A stretch of 64,000 nt of DNA from an uncultured cyanobacterium (lineage in GTDB: Bacteria; Cyanobacteriota; Cyanobacteriia; Cyanobacteriales; Nostocaceae), in NCBI GenBank assembly GCA_963706595.1, contig OY970166.1, positions 3,424,001-3,488,000 of the forward strand. Direction: 5' to 3'. A program made the translations under genes and the position numbers. Each line of letters opens with the position of its first letter. Positions within the stretch are counted from its first letter, which is position 1. Below, in pieces: positions 19,772 to 30,443 of the stretch. Below the pieces are notes generated by a model. The model was not told the DNA's origin. It was given only the letters and a program-made list of their open reading frames with translations, and ran no database searches.

Positions 19772-20407
19772 ATGGCCTCATTTCGCACTGAACCTATATT
19801 GTGGATTCATGTCGCTGGATTGGCGATGTTGCCACTTTTTTTAGTCCTGTGTTTATTGTTTTTGTCTGTGGGTAAACCGTTTTTGCCAGTGTGGATGGAG
19901 TTATTTTTCGTCGCTGGTATTGGTGTTTTACCACTGTTATGGATGCAATTGCACCGCCCTTTTTATATATTTGCAATTTTGGGTGTAGCTCTGAAGCCGG
20001 AAAATCTCACGGAGCAACAGCGTAAAATCCTCTGTTTAATTAATACAAAGTTAAATCGTTTTTTGTCCTTGGTGGCAGCAATATTATTAATTGGAGTATT
20101 GTGGCAACTCTATCAGGTGGTTCCACAGCTAGAAAGTTTAGCTAAATTTCTACCCCAGTGGCGCGGCTTAGGTTTACTATTAGCTGGGTTAGCTTTTTTT
20201 GCCAGTAATATATTTTTACAAATACCCGTGAGTGTGGCGCGAGTTTTGGTGACCAATGAGACAGAATTTGCGGCGATAGAACCATTATCTTTAGAAAAGA
20301 TTCAGCAGGATTTTACTATTTTGGGTGTAAGGGTTAATCAAATTGTGCCTGGGATATTTCAATCCCTGAGAGAGATTAACATAAACCCACAAAAACCCTT
20401 AAAGTAG
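19772..20407 (+). CDS. Cyanobacterial 'low-complexity tail' membrane protein
   Basis: EPILWIH start, RPFYIF and FLQIPVSV motifs, four TM segments. Confidence 0.75.
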   Translation: MASFRTEPILWIHVAGLAMLPLFLVLCLLFLSVGKPFLPVWMELFFVAGIGVLPLLWMQLHRPFYIFAILGVALKPENLTEQQRKILCLINTKLNRFLSLVAAILLIGVLWQLYQVVPQLESLAKFLPQWRGLGLLLAGLAFFASNIFLQIPVSVARVLVTNETEFAAIEPLSLEKIQQDFTILGVRVNQIVPGIFQSLREININPQKPLK

Positions 20408-20518
20408 ACGCTGATGAGTGTGAAACAAGTTATGCACTTTTTTATCTAGGCAACGTCTTATGTGCTGAAAGTGAAAACTGCCATAACGGTTGAAGTTAAA
20501 ACGAAGGAATCAGGAACT

Positions 20519-20716
20519 ATGGCTCAAATTCCATCTGCTAGCGATCGCCAATTTTCTGCTGACCCGGAAATTTGGTATAGTCTAAAATGCGCGATCGCCA
20601 CTAGTTCAGGTTTTCAACGCTGGCAACTAGAACACAATACCCAATTGCAGGGACTTCACCTGGAAAAACAGGTACAAAGATATTTACGAGAAACCTTAGA
20701 AACTTTAGCTTATTAG
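20519..20716 (+). CDS. Small conserved cyanobacterial hypothetical protein
   Basis: AIATSSGFQRWQ and YLRETLETLAY; ATG at 20519. Confidence 0.75.
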   Translation: MAQIPSASDRQFSADPEIWYSLKCAIATSSGFQRWQLEHNTQLQGLHLEKQVQRYLRETLETLAY

Positions 20717-20720
20717 CTTA

Positions 20721-21293
20721 CTAAAATTTGAGCAAATCTTGTAGACCTACTTGCAAACGGCGGAGTTGATGGTAAGCATTTTCTAAACGTTCTCCATCAA
20801 CTTCTACATTTGTCGTCGGATAATTTTCAATTATTTCTAGCAACGTCACCTGCCCATCTTCACTAGCCGAGAGTACCAAAGCTGCGCGTAAAGCTTGTCG
20901 GTCGGCTGTCCGGGATGGCGTATGAATAACTTGACTCAGTTGATCAAGGATCACGTTACCAATTAGGCTATTCAAAATTCTATCTAAAATCACCACATCA
21001 ACTTTAACAGGTGTGGTCAAATATGGACGAATTGTTTTGGGGTCTTGTTGCGCTAAAGCAAAATTAACTCGCAGTGAGCGTGAGAGTTCGCCAGTTTTGG
21101 CAAAAGTGGATAGTTCTTCTACTGAAATTGATTCCCGGAAAATACCGTATTTCAGCCCTACTTGTTCAGCCGCCAAGGCAGAAGTTTGGCAAAATAACAC
21201 ACACATACTAACTACAAATAAGGCTCGGCGCAGCACTATAAACTGATACAGCATATTTCTAGGTTGACTTTTCCTAGAATCATAACCATCCAA
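20721..21293 (-). CDS. DUF1400 domain protein
   Basis: Signal ending ALA|AE; SISVEELSTFAKTG; ALRAALVLSA. Confidence 0.8.
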   Translation of the reverse strand: MDGYDSRKSQPRNMLYQFIVLRRALFVVSMCVLFCQTSALAAEQVGLKYGIFRESISVEELSTFAKTGELSRSLRVNFALAQQDPKTIRPYLTTPVKVDVVILDRILNSLIGNVILDQLSQVIHTPSRTADRQALRAALVLSASEDGQVTLLEIIENYPTTNVEVDGERLENAYHQLRRLQVGLQDLLKF

Positions 21294-21554
21294 GTTAATT
21301 GCGGCATCTGGCTCTAGGTATCTATTGGCGGCAAACCCTGTGTTCCAGGCACATATTTATACTTTTAATGTAATTATTAAACGCTTCTTGTTGCCCTAAA
21401 TTAGCTATAAACATACCTACGTTGAAAATTTGATCAGAAACTTAGCTAATTAATTGCTAGTCATCAAATATAGTTTGGCATGGATTAAATAGCTCTTAGC
21501 TGCTATATTTGACCCTGTTTAACCAACTGTAATTCCACTAACCACAAACATAAA

Positions 21555-23255
21555 ATGAAATATCGGGGTTTTCATATTTCTCTGGCTGCGCCACGCCAGC
21601 TATCAGCCAAAAATTTTGGCCTTTTGCTTAAAAATCACCTCAAATCAAGTTTACCCTTGCGGGCCGGACTAACAGCTTTGTTATTTGCATCAGGCGGTTC
21701 AGTATTACTGACCAGTCAGGCCAATGCTGGTGCTACCAACCAACAAACTTTAATGGCGCAAGTGCCTACATCTGCAACAGTCATTTACGTTAACCCAGAA
21801 ATCGGTGCAGATACAACTGGTGTTGGAACCACAGCAGCAGCGCCCTATAAGACTATTACTTTTGCTCTCAGACAAGCCCAAGCAGGTACAGTGATTCAAC
21901 TAGCACCGGGAACTTATAACAGCGACTCTGGGGAACAATTTCCTTTATTGCTCAAACCAGGGATGACCCTACGGGGTGATGAATCTAGTAAAGGTCAGGC
22001 AATTTTAATTCGTGGTGGTGGTTTCTACACCAGTGTTACCTTTGCTAGACAAGATATTACCATCTTGGCTACCGAGAATACTACTGTTGCAGGTTTAACC
22101 GTCACTAACCCCAATCAGCGTGGTACTGCCGTTTGGGTAGAATCAAGTAATCCAACTATCAAAAATAATACTTTCACCAACAGTTCTAGAGAAGGTGTTT
22201 TCGTTACAGGTACAGGTAGACCCAAAATTGAAAATAACCTGTTTGTACAGAACCAAGGTAACGGGATTTCCATAACTAAAACTGCCCAAGGTGAAATTCG
22301 CAATAACTTGTTTCAAGATACAGGCTTTGGTCTGGCGATAGGTGGTACTTCCACACCACTTATTGAAGGAAACCAAATAGTTCAAAACCAAGATGGTCTG
22401 TTTATCTCAGAATCCGCTAGACCTATCCTGCGTCAGAATGTCATTCAAAACAATAAGCGGGATGGTATTGTTGCCACTGTCAATGCTCAACCTGACCTTG
22501 GTACTAATGAAAATCCTGGGGGCAATCTCATTCGTGGTAATACTCGTCACGATGTAAATAATGCCACCTCTCGTAATACGATCCTCGCGATTGGTAATGA
22601 TATTGATCAAAGTCGCATTTCTGGTCGAGTCGATTTCGTAGCTGCTACGGTTGACCTACCCACTGGTCAGAGTGCCTTTAGAGATGTACCTGAAGGTTAC
22701 TGGGCAAAAGCTTACATTGAAGCCTTAGCCGCTCAAAATATTATTGCTGGTTTTCCTGATGGCACTTTCAAACCCAATGACCCTGTAACCCGCGCTCAAT
22801 TTGCCACTATTGTCACCAAAGCTTTGACACCACCCATGAAACGTGGGGCGATTAATTTTAGAGATGTAGCCAGCAATTTCTGGGCTTACGGTGCGATTCA
22901 ATCTGCTTACCGGAGTGAATTTCTCGCTGGTTATCCTGATGGGAGATTTCAACCACAGCAGCAAATTCCTAGAGTACAGGCACTGGTTTCTTTAGCCAAC
23001 GGTCTGGGTTTCACTGCCAATAATCAAAATGCTCTGACTTTTTACAGTGATGCTGCCCAGATTCCTAATTACGCAATTGGCCCGGTAGCTGCGGCAACTA
23101 CACGACAATTAGTGATTAACTATCCCACAGCTAGACAACTCAATCCCAATCGTCCTGCAACTAGAGCAGAAATTGCCGCCTTTGTTTATCAGGCGCTAGT
23201 TAATGCTGGGCGTGTTGAACCAATTCCTTCACCCTATTTGGTAACAGTGCAGTAA
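21555..23255 (+). CDS. DUF1565/right-handed beta-helix protein with three SLH domains
   Basis: IYVNP...PYKTIT.AL, beta-helix repeats, FRDVPEGYWA, TRAQFA, TRAEIA. Confidence 0.9.
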   Translation: MKYRGFHISLAAPRQLSAKNFGLLLKNHLKSSLPLRAGLTALLFASGGSVLLTSQANAGATNQQTLMAQVPTSATVIYVNPEIGADTTGVGTTAAAPYKTITFALRQAQAGTVIQLAPGTYNSDSGEQFPLLLKPGMTLRGDESSKGQAILIRGGGFYTSVTFARQDITILATENTTVAGLTVTNPNQRGTAVWVESSNPTIKNNTFTNSSREGVFVTGTGRPKIENNLFVQNQGNGISITKTAQGEIRNNLFQDTGFGLAIGGTSTPLIEGNQIVQNQDGLFISESARPILRQNVIQNNKRDGIVATVNAQPDLGTNENPGGNLIRGNTRHDVNNATSRNTILAIGNDIDQSRISGRVDFVAATVDLPTGQSAFRDVPEGYWAKAYIEALAAQNIIAGFPDGTFKPNDPVTRAQFATIVTKALTPPMKRGAINFRDVASNFWAYGAIQSAYRSEFLAGYPDGRFQPQQQIPRVQALVSLANGLGFTANNQNALTFYSDAAQIPNYAIGPVAAATTRQLVINYPTARQLNPNRPATRAEIAAFVYQALVNAGRVEPIPSPYLVTVQ

Positions 23256-23264
23256 AACTTCTCG

Positions 23265-23300
23265 CTTTGACATCCTTGTGATTTTTCGAGGGTGTCAAAG
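23265..23300. terminator. Hairpin between convergent genes
   Basis: CTTTGACATCCTTG...CGAGGGTGTCAAAG. Confidence 0.55.
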
Positions 23301-23305
23301 TATGT

Positions 23306-23575
23306 TTACGAACGTTTTTGCCGATTTTGTTCCCAGCGCCAGAGAAAAATCATCAGGGCTAAAACTCCGATTTGTAGGGCTAAGTTAGGCGCAGCGTTAT
23401 CAATATCTCTTCCAGCTAGGACTTGAAAAAAGAAAATAAATGCCCCAATTAAAGCAGATGCACCAAAACCGATATAAATAAATTGCCGAAAACCACGATA
23501 GGGTGTTGCCATTTCGGCTTTGAGGCGGGCATATTGTTCAGGATTAAGGTTATTTTTAGAATTTGGTTTTACCAT
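23306..23575 (-). CDS. DUF3493 (LPA1-related) membrane protein
   Basis: RLKAEMATPYRGFRQFIY motif and two TM helices. Confidence 0.75.
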   Translation of the reverse strand: MVKPNSKNNLNPEQYARLKAEMATPYRGFRQFIYIGFGASALIGAFIFFFQVLAGRDIDNAAPNLALQIGVLALMIFLWRWEQNRQKRS

Positions 23576-23585
23576 GAATAAATAA

Positions 23586-23594
23586 TGCTATAAT
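23586..23594 (+). promoter_or_regulatory. Extended -10 promoter of tRNA-Thr
   Basis: TGCTATAAT 14 nt upstream of the tRNA. Confidence 0.6.
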
Positions 23595-23608
23595 GTTTTG
23601 CTGTACGC

Positions 23609-23680
23609 GCCGATGTGGCTCAGTGGTAGAGCAGCTGATTCGTAATCAGCAGGCCACGGGTTCAAATCCCGTCATCGGCT
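23609..23680 (+). tRNA. trnT: tRNA-Thr(CGT)
   Basis: Acceptor stem GCCGATG/CATCGGC, anticodon arm GCTGA-TTCGTAA-TCAGC, T-loop TTCAAAT; CCA not encoded. Confidence 0.97.
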
Positions 23681-23834
23681 TAAGTCGAATTACTGAAAAA
23701 TACTTCACTCCAGCTATTGTCCCATGTAAAAGTGGTAACTTTTTGTATGATGCGATCGCAGGCTCTGGGTTTTTACCACTAATTTCCGCAATAATATCAA
23801 TATTTTTCCTAAAAAAACAAATTTCAGCAGCAAT

Positions 23835-24799
23835 ATGGAAGTTATCTCTCAAGAAAAGCCGAATATACCCCAACCGCCAACATTTACTTCTATTGAGGAA
23901 GAACGCCAGCATCGTAAACAGCGCCTCACCGCAGCATTACGCCTGTTTGCCCGCTATGGTTTTGATGAGGGTATTGCGGGACATATCACGGCACGCGACC
24001 CAGAACACCCAGAACATTTTTGGGTGAACCCCTTAGCGATGCACTTTAGTTTAATAAAAGTCAGCGACCTGATTTTAGTTAATCACCAAGGTGAAGTGAT
24101 TCAAGGCAATTACCCAGTAAATCAAGCAGCTTTTGCAATTCATTCTCAAATTCATGCAGCGCGTCCCGATGTGGTAGCAGCAGCTCATGCACATTCCATA
24201 TATGGTAAAAGCTGGTCTAGCCTCGGTCGTCTCCTCGACCCTCTTACCCAAGATGCTTGCTCATTCTACCAAGACCACAGCCTATTTAATGACTATACAG
24301 GTGTGGTTTTAGAAGTAGAAGAAGGTCAACGTATTGCCCAAACATTAGGGAGTAATAAAGCTCTTATCCTCAAAAACCACGGCTTACTGACCGAGAATAA
24401 TGGGATACAAGCCCCGTACTTTTAGGATAGGACGGCTTTCTGGTAAAATTGGAATATAGTCGCCACAGGGCATTGGGAGACTTTAAACGAACGTCGAGGG
24501 ATGGTAAGACTATTTCGATAGCACAACCCAATGAAGCGTTAAGGAATCCTCTCTCCTTCAGGAAGAGGAGGTATGTCAAAGTTGGTCACTCAGTTGATGA
24601 AGCTGCTTGGTGGTTGATCACAATGGAGCGCTCTTGTCAAGCACAATTACTAGCTGAGGCCGCTGGTAAACCTAGCACAATTAAACCTGAGTATGCGAGT
24701 TTGGCACATACTCAGGTTGGTTCAGATTATTTGGGTTGGCTTAGTTTTCAACCATTGTATGAGATGATTGTGCGACAAGAACCGGACTTGCTGGAGTGA
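23835..24799 (+). pseudogene. Class II aldolase/adducin family gene split by a 188-bp insertion
   Basis: GHITARDP, IHSQIH, HAHS and NHGLLT in ORF1; VGHSVDEAAWW in ORF2; removing 24392-24579 restores one frame. Confidence 0.9.
24392..24579 (+). mobile_element. Non-autonomous IS200/IS605 derivative: left-end hairpin, promoter, omegaRNA-like segment and right end
   Basis: Inserted after CTGAC with no target duplication; subterminal hairpins AAGCCCCGT...ACGGCTT and CCTCTCTCCTTCAGGAAGAGG; ends TGTCAA. Confidence 0.85.
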
Positions 24800-25841
24800 A
24801 AGCAAACTTTTTTTGTTGGCGTTTAATAACTCCTGCTGCACCTAAAGCACCAAAGGCCAATATCCCCAATACAGCCCCAGGTTCGGGAACAGATTCAGGG
24901 TGAAGTGCTACAAGTGCTGCGTCTGCAACTAAACGATGAACATTTGTTGTGGGATGTACATTATCAAAAAATAAAAATTCGTTTTGTTGCTCAACATCAC
25001 ATTCATTGATAATGGTAGTCAAGCTACCTACTACACAAGGGGTAGTTACATTTGTAAAGCCAAATTCTTCGGGATTATTTCCAATTCGATTAAGTAGCGA
25101 AAATACATCAACATTAAACAGATTAATGTCAGGTTTGTTGCTTTTAAATATGTTCAAACTTTCGGCTAATTTATTGTTATGGTCAATTGTTAAAGCAGTC
25201 AAAGTTGGTGATTGCTCTGTAGCAAATGCAAAAGGAGTTGCACCTAAATCTGGTAAATTGAATACCATGATATTTTTAGCCCCAGCTGTAGCCAAAGAAT
25301 CTATTGCCGTTGATAAATTTATCACTGTTTGATCAGTAGTAAGATTTCCACCAAACAGGTAATCATTACCACCTCCCCATACAGCATATAGAGCATTGGG
25401 GTCAATCTGCTGATTCGTGCTGAGGAATGGTTGGGTAAACAAATTAACTTGACCTAATACTCCCGGTAATGGCACACTCGGAATAACAGCGTTACCAGAA
25501 CCAGAAGTAGAACCACCGATAGCGAAGTTAATACTCTGGTTAAAAATAGTCGTGTCGAAGGGAGGAGTACCTAAAGTTGTGAATGGAGTGGGCGTTAAAT
25601 TTAGATTTTCTCCCAGGTAATCCACCCAAATTTTATCATTAGAAAAACGTCCATTAAAGTAGGGTGGGCTTGGAGGTAAATCTGGTATATTGCTGAAAAG
25701 TTGAGTAAAATTTAAAATGTTACCCGTATCAGAAAGACTATCACCAAATATATAAAAATTGCTAAAATCAGCACCTAAAGCTTTTAATGGTAACAGGAAA
25801 GAAAAAAAGACAAATCCTGCTGCAACAAATGTGTTTTTCAT
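24741..25841 (-). CDS. SGNH/GDSL hydrolase with PEP-CTERM sorting domain
   Basis: FGDSLSDTGN, GRFSN, GGND, FFDNVHPT; VPEP, TM helix and basic tail. Confidence 0.92.
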   Translation of the reverse strand: MKNTFVAAGFVFFSFLLPLKALGADFSNFYIFGDSLSDTGNILNFTQLFSNIPDLPPSPPYFNGRFSNDKIWVDYLGENLNLTPTPFTTLGTPPFDTTIFNQSINFAIGGSTSGSGNAVIPSVPLPGVLGQVNLFTQPFLSTNQQIDPNALYAVWGGGNDYLFGGNLTTDQTVINLSTAIDSLATAGAKNIMVFNLPDLGATPFAFATEQSPTLTALTIDHNNKLAESLNIFKSNKPDINLFNVDVFSLLNRIGNNPEEFGFTNVTTPCVVGSLTTIINECDVEQQNEFLFFDNVHPTTNVHRLVADAALVALHPESVPEPGAVLGILAFGALGAAGVIKRQQKKFAFTPASPVLVAQSSHTMVEN

Positions 25842-26113
25842 GCTTATTGTGTGGTTATCTCTGACGAGTATTCGGCTTCAGAAGTATTTATCGTAATCCG
25901 GTTTGATTTCTGCTGGATTTACGTGATTTTATCGAATACGGCTGACGTTACCAAGTCAATGTGTAGTATGAATTACTTTCATGCCAAAAAATTTATTTAA
26001 TCTTTATGATTTATGGGTTAAATTTCAATTAATTGTGAAGTTTCATCAAGAAAATTCGGTAGAGTTGAAAAATAACCCAGCCTACTGCTAGATGTATGAT
26101 CAAGAGATCAGGT

Positions 26114-27494
26114 TTAGCTTGGCGATCGCTTGATATTCAAAGCCTCACTAGCCGATACACCCTCACCTAAAGTGCCAAAATATCCTAAAGCGGCCGCAGC
26201 TTCAGCGCGAGACACTGGTTTTTTAGGTTGGAACAAGGTTGTGTAGCCAAACACCCGGCGAATATTCGATTGTTCGCCATTTTGGAAATCAGCCAGCACC
26301 GCACGTAATGCTTTGGGGTCAATTTTTCCGGTATCTTGAAAACCCCAAGTCTGTTTAACTGCTTCTAAATTGGCAGCAGGTAAGGCTTGGCGAGTATCTA
26401 GGGGAATTTTCCACAAAATTAACTGTTCTCGTGTCAGTGGTGCATCTGGTTGAAATAAAACTGCTGTAGAGTCACCAGACAAAGGACTAGGGATTAAACC
26501 AGTTTCAGCTAACCCTTGAATTACTGGAAAATCAACATCTGATTTTGACACATCACTAAAAGTCGCTTGAGTGACTTTCTGATGCCAAGCGAATCTGTTT
26601 AGCTGGATTATTAATATACATGGCATTGTTAGCAGCAACTAGCCAACGAGCATATTCCCGGCGAGTCACGTTTTTACTGGGTTCAAATGAGTTACGGTTG
26701 GCATCATTAGAGCTACTATTAGCTTCTTGAGACTTTAAAGACAAAATGCCCAAAGCTGCTAAGTCTTCAATGGCTGGACGTAGTTCTGGCGGTGCTTGGT
26801 TGAGATCATTGAATGTTTGAGATTTTGCTGCATCTGTTGTAGTTGTTTGGCTACCGGATGTACTGTCTGGCTGCGTTACCAAATTATCCGGTAGTGGTGG
26901 ACCAAAAACATTTGGATTGTTGGATTGAGAACTTGCGGTTTCAGTAGGTTTTGCTGTTGCGGTGCTATTAGATATATATTCAATCACTAATGCAGTGGCT
27001 GTTTGTGGTTGATCAGGTTTGGGGTTAGTAACTGATTGTGGTTGAATAGAAACCTTAACTTGTAAATCTCCGCGATTTGCTTCAAAGGTATCTGCTAAAT
27101 CATCTGTAGGCTGTTGTAAAATCTGCCAGTCATTTTTCTGAAACTGGTCACTATAAAAGCTAGTAATAAAGTTGCTGGGATCAGAACTCAGCCAGCGAGT
27201 GACTACGCTATTTTCGGCAACCCTAGCAGGTGTGACTGACTCTAATTTAGCATTGGGATACAAAGGGATATTTGGGGGAAAATCAGATGGTAACTCAACT
27301 GCGGGTTTGTTCTGCCCTAGTAACGGTTCTTTTTTCGGAGATTCACCCAAGATTCCGGGGTTATCTTGCAGCCTGGGATCTGCCGCTAAAGACTGTTCGA
27401 GGGTTTTGGCGGTGGGATTATTACCACAAGCTGTTAAAGAAGTAAATAAAATAGCCAAACTCAGTAAGACAGCTGGACGTTTACAGAAAATCAC
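26114..27494 (-). pseudogene. SLH-domain lipoprotein with a +1 frameshift near 26573 (real or assembly error)
   Basis: Lipobox LTAC; SLH motifs in both ORF halves; removing one base gives RLASESTQATFSDV. Confidence 0.8.
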
Positions 27495-27555
27495 AGCAAA
27501 TTACAAATTACGTGTCAATTCCTACCCTAGCGCAGACTACTACAACTGAGTTAAA

Positions 27556-28419
27556 TTAAAGTCGCAATGAAAATTGCCGAAGCACAGCAAAACTGATGAG
27601 CTTGATGGGTCTTTTAGACTGTTTAATAAGTTTCGGACGTAGAAAGCGTCCAGTGGCCAAACGGGACAGTCCTTTGATCCGAGCTTGTAACCTGACCGTG
27701 AGAAACTTTAGTTTTTCGGGCTTTTGATCTACAGCATATAAAGGCATGAACGCCAGCTTACCGTAGAGTGTATCAGCACGATGAGAGTTACTTAAATTGT
27801 TTTGCGAATGTTCTGGATTCGGTAAACCCCCATGTTCCCCATAGTTCCGCCAAGGAATATAGTTCTTCAATTTTCTTTTACGGAGAAAAGAATCAATATT
27901 AGAATCCCAAGTTGAATAGTTAGTTTCTCCCACTTTTTCGCGAATTTCTTCTGCAAGTTCTAGCAGGTAGCCAGCACTCTGAGGAGTCACAATGTAAGCA
28001 ACTGTTGAAGCGGAAAATCCTTCAACGTAGCCATGAGAAGAAATGTTATATATCTGAGGCGCACAAGTGTATAGCCAGCTAAGACCTACATCAGTTTGAT
28101 CGGGATTAAATGGTAGGGGAAGTTGACCAAAACCCACTACTGGGACAAAATCTGCTTCCACAATGATAACTGGTTTGTCTTCTTGAATGGCTTGTTTCCA
28201 GGCGCGGCAATGATTCAACAAACATAAATAACTCCGAGAAAAGTTTTGGTATTCAGGTTTAGTTTCTTGTCTGAGAACTTCACACTGGAAACCTTCTTGA
28301 GTTAATACTTCCTGAAGTTGTTGTGTTGATTCTTTGTAAGCAATGATGAAAATTTTATCAATATGGGTAACAAGTTTGCTACTCAGGTTTTTTCGGGTAT
28401 TTATTAATATATTTGACAT
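27556..28419 (-). CDS. GT25-like glycosyltransferase (LPS biosynthesis)
   Basis: CLLNH..AW, IIVEADF and AYIVTP motifs. Confidence 0.75.
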   Translation of the reverse strand: MSNILINTRKNLSSKLVTHIDKIFIIAYKESTQQLQEVLTQEGFQCEVLRQETKPEYQNFSRSYLCLLNHCRAWKQAIQEDKPVIIVEADFVPVVGFGQLPLPFNPDQTDVGLSWLYTCAPQIYNISSHGYVEGFSASTVAYIVTPQSAGYLLELAEEIREKVGETNYSTWDSNIDSFLRKRKLKNYIPWRNYGEHGGLPNPEHSQNNLSNSHRADTLYGKLAFMPLYAVDQKPEKLKFLTVRLQARIKGLSRLATGRFLRPKLIKQSKRPIKLISFAVLRQFSLRL

Positions 28420-28833
28420 ATTTAAATGAGCAACAAATTCAATTTTTTCGTTTCCATGTTTACAGGCGATCGCAACTTGTAAATAATGATTTATAAAAAT
28501 TTTATACTTGAACCAATTCTAACATTTCTTAAATTGCATTTTTTACTTGAGATGTATCTTTAAAGAATTGGCAAAAGGGGATGTCCTTAGTCCATGTTTA
28601 GTAAAAAGCTTCACTTTTTTAGTAAGTATTTGGTAATAAAATGTGAGACTTTTTTAAAAGAAGGCAAAGAATGTGTCTATGCAAGCGGTTGATGATTACT
28701 AACTTAGGCTGCTGTAATTGATTAATGACACTTTAATTGAGAGTATTTTTCAATATTAAGAAGTTTTCACAACATTATACCATAAACTTATTTTTTGCCA
28801 ATGATAAATTGCATCGCGGATATTCAAAATTTT

Positions 28834-30321
28834 CTATTTTTCAATTTGCGGTGCGGGTAATTGATTTAAAACTCTCCACAACACTGTATAACTACCATCG
28901 GTACGGCGACGCACTGGACGGAAAGCCAGGATAATGTCACTACTGGGAATCTGTTGTAGTTGCTCTGAGGATATAGGCTGACCATTTAAGATGATGTCTG
29001 GCAGTTGAAATTGTAGCGATCGCACTACATAAGTATGGTTTAATTTCGCTTGAGCATGGGCTAAAATTAATTGCTGATTTTTACCAGTCAAAAACCGCCT
29101 TTTTTCTACTTGTAAAGCATCCAACTGTTTGGGCGGTTGGTAATTCAGCAAAAATTCTCGCGTTGGTGAGGCGACAATTTCCAGTCTCCCATCCAACTTA
29201 TCCAGGGGGACATCACCCACGTCAACCATGAAACTATAATCCCAACCTTGATCCACTAGTTGAAAGCGCTCACCGATCATTTGAAGTGCTAAACTAGGAT
29301 TAAATCCATCCTTAGCATCACCCAAAGAGGGGAAAGGATAACGCTCACTGACATGGGGTTGCAATCGATTCCAAAGAGTATTTAGCGGACGTTGGTAAGC
29401 TGAAGACTGTAATACACGGAAAATACCAGTACGAGGCAATTCCAAAAACTTAGCGTAAATTTGCGGTTCCTGCGGACTGAATCCGTAGGTAAGGCGGTCG
29501 AGTATCGCCGCATTTTCCCAAGGATCTGTAAAGCGGATTTCTGGGGGAAATAATGCTTGTGTTGCCGTTAAGGTTTGCTTGGCAATTGCGAGAGTAGTAA
29601 GTGCTGACTCAGGTGCTGCGATCGCAGGTTGTACAGGCGGTGCATAATTAGCTATGGCTGTTTTGGCATTTCTCCCCATAACTTGTACTTGTGGGGATAA
29701 TAGTTCGGTCGATGCGCCTTGTGTTCCTAAAGTGCTAGTCGATAAATTTGGTTCCATCGCGAAAGGGACTGCGGGCTTTCCCAGATGGGGATATTGTACA
29801 GGCGAAATAGAAAACACAGGATCTGATTGGCGTTCACCAGTGACTAGGGGTAACTGTCTCACTAAGGTTAATTCACCTCGTCGAGATAACAATATGTCTA
29901 GCACTGGAAATAGTTTTAATAACTCCTGGCTATTCGTATACAAAGAGCAGTAAATTTGATCTGGGGCTGGTAAGGGAGGAAAATTTATTGATAAATTCAT
30001 TTGTGAGCTACACAAAGTTTTGGGATTCTTTGGCTGACGATTTACAAAACTTTCTATGCTTTTAATTTGAATTGTTAATTGCCCTCTCACAATTCGCAGA
30101 CGATTGGCATCTGGACTAGTGAGTGCTTCCTCAATCCGAGCAATCAAATCTATCTGGCGCTGTACCAGACTCCCGGCATCAGTATAAAACTTTTCGTCTG
30201 TTGGCTTTGATGTCAGATTTTGAGTGAGGGAAAATTGGGGCTGATATTCAGCACCCAAGCTGGTTACTGGGACAGCAGCTAGACCAAAAGGCAGTAAGAA
30301 ACCGAAAAATAAGTGTCTCAT
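28834..30321 (-). CDS. Hypothetical exported protein
   Basis: Long ORF; likely start MRHLFFGFLL with signal peptide; the ORF track extends to 30387. Confidence 0.7.
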   Translation of the reverse strand: MRHLFFGFLLPFGLAAVPVTSLGAEYQPQFSLTQNLTSKPTDEKFYTDAGSLVQRQIDLIARIEEALTSPDANRLRIVRGQLTIQIKSIESFVNRQPKNPKTLCSSQMNLSINFPPLPAPDQIYCSLYTNSQELLKLFPVLDILLSRRGELTLVRQLPLVTGERQSDPVFSISPVQYPHLGKPAVPFAMEPNLSTSTLGTQGASTELLSPQVQVMGRNAKTAIANYAPPVQPAIAAPESALTTLAIAKQTLTATQALFPPEIRFTDPWENAAILDRLTYGFSPQEPQIYAKFLELPRTGIFRVLQSSAYQRPLNTLWNRLQPHVSERYPFPSLGDAKDGFNPSLALQMIGERFQLVDQGWDYSFMVDVGDVPLDKLDGRLEIVASPTREFLLNYQPPKQLDALQVEKRRFLTGKNQQLILAHAQAKLNHTYVVRSLQFQLPDIILNGQPISSEQLQQIPSSDIILAFRPVRRRTDGSYTVLWRVLNQLPAPQIEK

Positions 30322-30443
30322 GTCCAAAACGCCGAGCATATAGGAGGATGAAAAATCTAAAATAGATATTAAATTGAAGAAAATCAACGACCATCGACAA
30401 CCGTCAGTCCATTCTACTTTCTGTTAAGCGAAGCGTCGCCAGG

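Noticed and set aside
23593..24027. 144-aa and 88-aa ORFs over the tRNA
   Set aside because: Overlap tRNA-Thr and the aldolase; spurious
24392..24579. Group I intron or IStron in the aldolase gene
   Set aside because: Only 188 bp and no recognisable group I core; the ends fit a plain IS605 derivative
24449..24799. Independent 116-aa gene
   Set aside because: Chimera of element sequence and the aldolase C-terminus
23609..26100. tRNA-anchored genomic island
   Set aside because: No integrase and no duplicated tRNA 3' end found by eye
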